Shown piece by piece: positions 60,685 through 64,000 of a stretch of 64,000 nt of DNA. How positions within the stretch are numbered: the stretch's first letter is position 1; every line of letters begins with the position of its first letter. Under the pieces are notes generated by a model. It did no database searches. It had not been told where the DNA came from and saw only the letters and a list, made by a program, of their open reading frames with translations. The stretch is from assembly GCA_963815215.1 (NCBI GenBank), contig CAWFFU010000003.1:96001-160000 (forward strand), given 5' to 3'. Both the position numbers and the translations under genes were made by a program. The DNA comes from an uncultured Trueperaceae bacterium. GTDB taxonomy: Bacteria > Deinococcota > Deinococci > Deinococcales > Trueperaceae.

Positions 60685-61896
60685 TCAACGTCGGCTCTTC
60701 GGGTCGAAGGCGTCGCGCAGCCCGTCGCCCAGCAGATTCCAGGTGAGCACGGCGATGAAGATGGCGACGCCGGGCGTGAAGATCCACCAGCGGTCGCCGA
60801 GGCCCGTGACGCCGGCGAACGACTGGGCCGTTGACAACATCAGCCCCCAACTCGTCGAGGGGGGCTGGATCCCCAGCCCGAAGAAGCTCAGGACCGACTC
60901 GGCCAGGGTGTACTCGGGGATCTGGATCGACAGCGAGATGATGATGAAGCTGAGCGTCTGGGGGAGCAGGTGACGGGTGATCACGCGCATGTTGCTCGCC
61001 CCCAGCGCCTGGGCGGCCACGGTGAAGTCGCGCTCGCGCAGGCTGAGCACCTGGCCCCTGACCGCGCGCGCGATCTGTCCCCAGCCGATGACCGAGAGTG
61101 CCACGATGATCACCATGAACTGCGTGGTGGAGGGAAGATGAAGCGGATAGAAGACCGCGGAGAGGGTGAGCAGCAGGAACAGGAAGGGGATGGCTGAGAG
61201 GGCCTCCACGAAACGTAGGATGACCTCGTCGAGCCAGCCTCCGTAGAAGCCCGCCAGCCCCCCCATGAGCATGCCGATGACGATGGCCACGAGGCTCGCC
61301 AGGATGCCGATGGTGAGGCTGATGCGCGCACCGAACATGAGCTTGCCGAAGACGTCGGCGCCCAGGTCGTCGGTGCCCAGCAGATGGATCTGGGCCTGGT
61401 CGCCGGCGTCCGCCACGCCGAACAGGTGGAGCGTCGCCCAGGGCCGGATGCCCAGCACCTGGCGGAGCTGCACCGGGATGAGATTCACCGGGAAGGGGAC
61501 GTAACGGTCGCGCAGGCCGGTGCGGCGCACGAAGAAGCGGACGCGGTAGGCGTGCGCGGTGTCCGTCGTCCATACCGACGCGAAGGTCGTCATGTTGATC
61601 GACTTCTTCATGCCGAAGACGTAGGGCCAGGTGAGGTGACCGCGCGCGTCGAGGAAGTGGACGACTGTCGGCGGCTCGAAGGTGGCGTTGGGGTTGATGT
61701 CGTGCTCGGGGTAGGGGGCGAAGAAGTCCGCGAAGGCGGCAAGCAGGTACATGATGCCCAGGATGACGAGCGCCGTGCGTGCCAGCGGGTGCTTCTTGAA
61801 CTGCTGCCAGGCGATGGTGGTGAGGCTGGCGCCCTTCACGACCTGCCGGTCGGCGGTGTCGACGGCGCCTCCGGCGTCCGGGTTCACGGGCTCCAT
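60685..61896 (-). CDS. oppC: Oligopeptide ABC permease OppC
   Basis: HLLGTDDLGAD, GARISL, RERDF..AA.ALGA, ESVLSFFGLG..PP..SWG, GDGLRDAFDP. Confidence 0.9.
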   Translation of the reverse strand: MEPVNPDAGGAVDTADRQVVKGASLTTIAWQQFKKHPLARTALVILGIMYLLAAFADFFAPYPEHDINPNATFEPPTVVHFLDARGHLTWPYVFGMKKSINMTTFASVWTTDTAHAYRVRFFVRRTGLRDRYVPFPVNLIPVQLRQVLGIRPWATLHLFGVADAGDQAQIHLLGTDDLGADVFGKLMFGARISLTIGILASLVAIVIGMLMGGLAGFYGGWLDEVILRFVEALSAIPFLFLLLTLSAVFYPLHLPSTTQFMVIIVALSVIGWGQIARAVRGQVLSLRERDFTVAAQALGASNMRVITRHLLPQTLSFIIISLSIQIPEYTLAESVLSFFGLGIQPPSTSWGLMLSTAQSFAGVTGLGDRWWIFTPGVAIFIAVLTWNLLGDGLRDAFDPKSRR

Positions 61897-61897
61897 G

Positions 61898-62878
61898 TCA
61901 GTACCGGATCCTGGGGTCGATCATGGCCAGTGCCAGGTCGGACAGGAGGTTCCCCACCATCAGCAGCAGCGTCAGGATGGTGAGCAGGGCCATCACCACG
62001 TAGACGTCCTGCGCGAAGATGGAGCTGATGAACAGGGGCGTGATGCCGGGCCAACCGGTCACGTACTCCACCGACCCCGCGCCCGAAACCAGGCCGGGCA
62101 AGGTGGAGCCGATGATCGCGACGATCACCAGGATGGCGTTGCGCAGCGCGTGCTTCACGTTCACCGTGCGCTCCGACAGGCCCTTGGAGCGGGCGGTGCG
62201 GATGTAGTCCTGGCTGAGCACCTCGAGCATCTCGCCGCGCATGACGCGGCTGACGAACGCCAGCGACGACAGCGTCACCACGGTCACCGGTCCGATCAGG
62301 TGCCACCCGACGTCCAGGACCTTCCGGAGCGGTCCGAAGCTGCTGAAGTCCGTGCTCGTCATGCCGCCGGTCGGGATGAGGAACCAGTGGTGGAAGTGGA
62401 ACCACTGGACGCTGAGGGCCAGGATGATCAGGGCGAGGAAGAAGTTGGGGACGGCCAGACCGAGCAGGCTGAACACGGTGAGGATGCGGTCGGCCAGGGA
62501 GTACTTGTGCAGCGCCGAGTACACCCCGATGGGGATGGCGATAGCGAAGGCCAGCACGGTAGCCGGGATCAACAGCACCATGCTGTTGCGCATCAACGGC
62601 AGGATCAGCGCGGTCACGCTGGCCTTGCTCGTCATGCTGGTACCGAAGTTGAAGTGCAGGACGACGTTGCGAAGCCAGTACAGGTAGCGGATGTACCACG
62701 CCTGGTCGAGCCCCAGCAGCTGGCGGATGCGCTCGGCCTTGTTGGGGTCGACCTGGTCGAAGGCGAACTGGGTGGCGAAATCCCCGGGGGCTGCCTGGAT
62801 GATGCCCCACGCGAGGAAGGTCGCGATGACGAAGGTGGGGATGAGGTTGAACAGCCGGCGAACGATGAACGGCAGCAT
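61898..62878 (-). CDS. oppB: Oligopeptide ABC permease OppB
   Basis: APGD, LGLDQ, DYIRTARSKGL, KHALRNA, WPG, DPRIRY. Confidence 0.9.
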   Translation of the reverse strand: MLPFIVRRLFNLIPTFVIATFLAWGIIQAAPGDFATQFAFDQVDPNKAERIRQLLGLDQAWYIRYLYWLRNVVLHFNFGTSMTSKASVTALILPLMRNSMVLLIPATVLAFAIAIPIGVYSALHKYSLADRILTVFSLLGLAVPNFFLALIILALSVQWFHFHHWFLIPTGGMTSTDFSSFGPLRKVLDVGWHLIGPVTVVTLSSLAFVSRVMRGEMLEVLSQDYIRTARSKGLSERTVNVKHALRNAILVIVAIIGSTLPGLVSGAGSVEYVTGWPGITPLFISSIFAQDVYVVMALLTILTLLLMVGNLLSDLALAMIDPRIRY

Positions 62879-63008
62879 CGTGAAGAGGGGCCTCCGGGGT
62901 CGGTTTCTTGGGCGTGCCCTGACGACTGGGGGCATCTGCCCGGCGATGCAATGGAGCATTCTATGCCACACGGACCGGCGACCGGGAGCGAGAAACGCAC
63001 CACGGTCC

Positions 63009-63038
63009 GGGGGCCCCGGCCTTGCGGTCGGAGCCCCC
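63009..63038 (-). other. Stem-loop downstream of the substrate-binding gene
   Basis: Minus strand GGGGGCTCCGACC-GCAA-GGCCGGGGCCCCC (GNRA loop). Confidence 0.55.
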
Positions 63039-63069
63039 GTCCCTCGTCAGGGATTGCCTCTCGAACGCC

Positions 63070-64000
63070 TCAGCGGACGGTCAACAACTCCCGGTAGCTG
63101 CCCGGGTTGTAGGGCGACTGGATGCTGTTGGCGTCGAGCGCGGACTTGGGCCAGGTGTTGCCCAGGTCGGTGTAGAAGCTGAAGGCCTGGCTGATGAGCG
63201 GCGTGATCGGCAGCCACTCGCGCATCAGGGCGGCACGCTCGTCGTAGAGCTGCACGCGCTTCTGCAGGTCGAGCGCCGAGTTCATGTCGACCGTGTACTG
63301 GCCCATCAGCGTTTCCCAGGGCTTCAGGTCGGTCTTGCTCTTGTTCCAGGAGTTGAGGTTGGTGCCCGGACGCAGGCCGTTGTCGAAGCTGGGGTTGTCC
63401 ACGTCGCCGCCGGCGAGGCCCCAGATCTGGGCGTCGTAGTTGACCTTGCGGCCCTTGGCCGGGTCGTAATCGGCGCTGGTGCCGACGATCGAGTTGGCCC
63501 AGATCTCGGTGGAGACCTCACGCGGGTTGATCTTGACGCCGTAGGGCGCGACCGTCTGCGCGATGACCTGAGCTTCCTGGCCGCGACGCGTGTTGCCGCT
63601 GTTGTACTGCAGGTCGAACGCCACCTTGCAGCCGGTGGTGGGGTTCATCAGCACCCCGTCTTTGTCCTTCTGCGTGAAGCCGATGTTGTGCAGCAGCTGG
63701 ACGCCCTGCTCGGGGTCGAAGGCGAACGGCTTGAGGTTGGGCGCGTTGAACGGCTTGGCCGCCTCGCTGTTCCAGTCCTTGGCCGGGAAGCCGAGGCCGC
63801 CCAGGGCGGCGTTCACCAGCGCGTTCCGGTCGATCATGTCGCTGATGGCGCGCCGGAAGTAGACGTTGCTGAACATGTCGGCCTTGCACTTGTCGGTGTT
63901 GTTGAAGTTGTAGGTGATGAAGTCGACGGCGCTGCTGGGGCCGATGTTGGCGTACAGGTCGCCCTTGATGGTGCCCTTGTCGATGGCGTCCTTGACGGCC
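63070..64000 (-). CDS. Peptide ABC substrate-binding protein (family 5), C-terminal part; 5' end outside the window
   Basis: FITYNFN, FRRAIS..IDR, FDPEQG..LL..GF; upstream of oppBCDF. Confidence 0.8.
   Translation of the reverse strand, partial: AVKDAIDKGTIKGDLYANIGPSSAVDFITYNFNNTDKCKADMFSNVYFRRAISDMIDRNALVNAALGGLGFPAKDWNSEAAKPFNAPNLKPFAFDPEQGVQLLHNIGFTQKDKDGVLMNPTTGCKVAFDLQYNSGNTRRGQEAQVIAQTVAPYGVKINPREVSTEIWANSIVGTSADYDPAKGRKVNYDAQIWGLAGGDVDNPSFDNGLRPGTNLNSWNKSKTDLKPWETLMGQYTVDMNSALDLQKRVQLYDERAALMREWLPITPLISQAFSFYTDLGNTWPKSALDANSIQSPYNPGSYRELLTVR

Overview
High-GC bacterial chromosomal window, almost certainly Deinococcota (plausibly Trueperaceae-like). The assignment rests on phylum-typical orphans (DUF3248, DUF3809 and DUF1999-like genes), an Arg-type EF-P (QHQKIGRGGA) and many apparently leaderless genes with a TANNNT box just before the start codon. 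Most of the window is housekeeping: htrA, mnmE, hemL, truA, moaC, asp23-fakA, pyrF, secA, rsmD, a liv-type ABC, ddl, two peptide ABCs, efp-accB-accC-asp23-nusB-folD and a polyprenyl synthase. I see no mobile element, CRISPR array, rRNA or tRNA. The standout is a ~14.5 kb envelope-lipid locus (35.5-49.9 kb). Its core is a tightly coupled minus-strand operon: serine-palmitoyltransferase-like AOS enzyme, bCerS/YghO-like GNAT N-acyltransferase, CPBP-family membrane protein, extended SDR (CerR-like), UDP-galactopyranose mutase, MGDG-synthase-type GT28 and a flippase-like protein. Next to it lie a GT4 glycolipid glycosyltransferase and an FtsX-type ABC plus MMPL exporter operon. Together this reads as a candidate (galactofuranosyl) glycosphingolipid synthesis and export system in a phylum not, to my knowledge, known to make sphingolipids. 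Smaller oddities: a degenerate 65-66 bp tandem triplication of the secA 3' end, a palindromic operator over the ddl promoter, and an internal opp promoter with a (GC)n spacer followed by a ~300 nt non-coding leader. All family calls come from motif recognition, not database searches.
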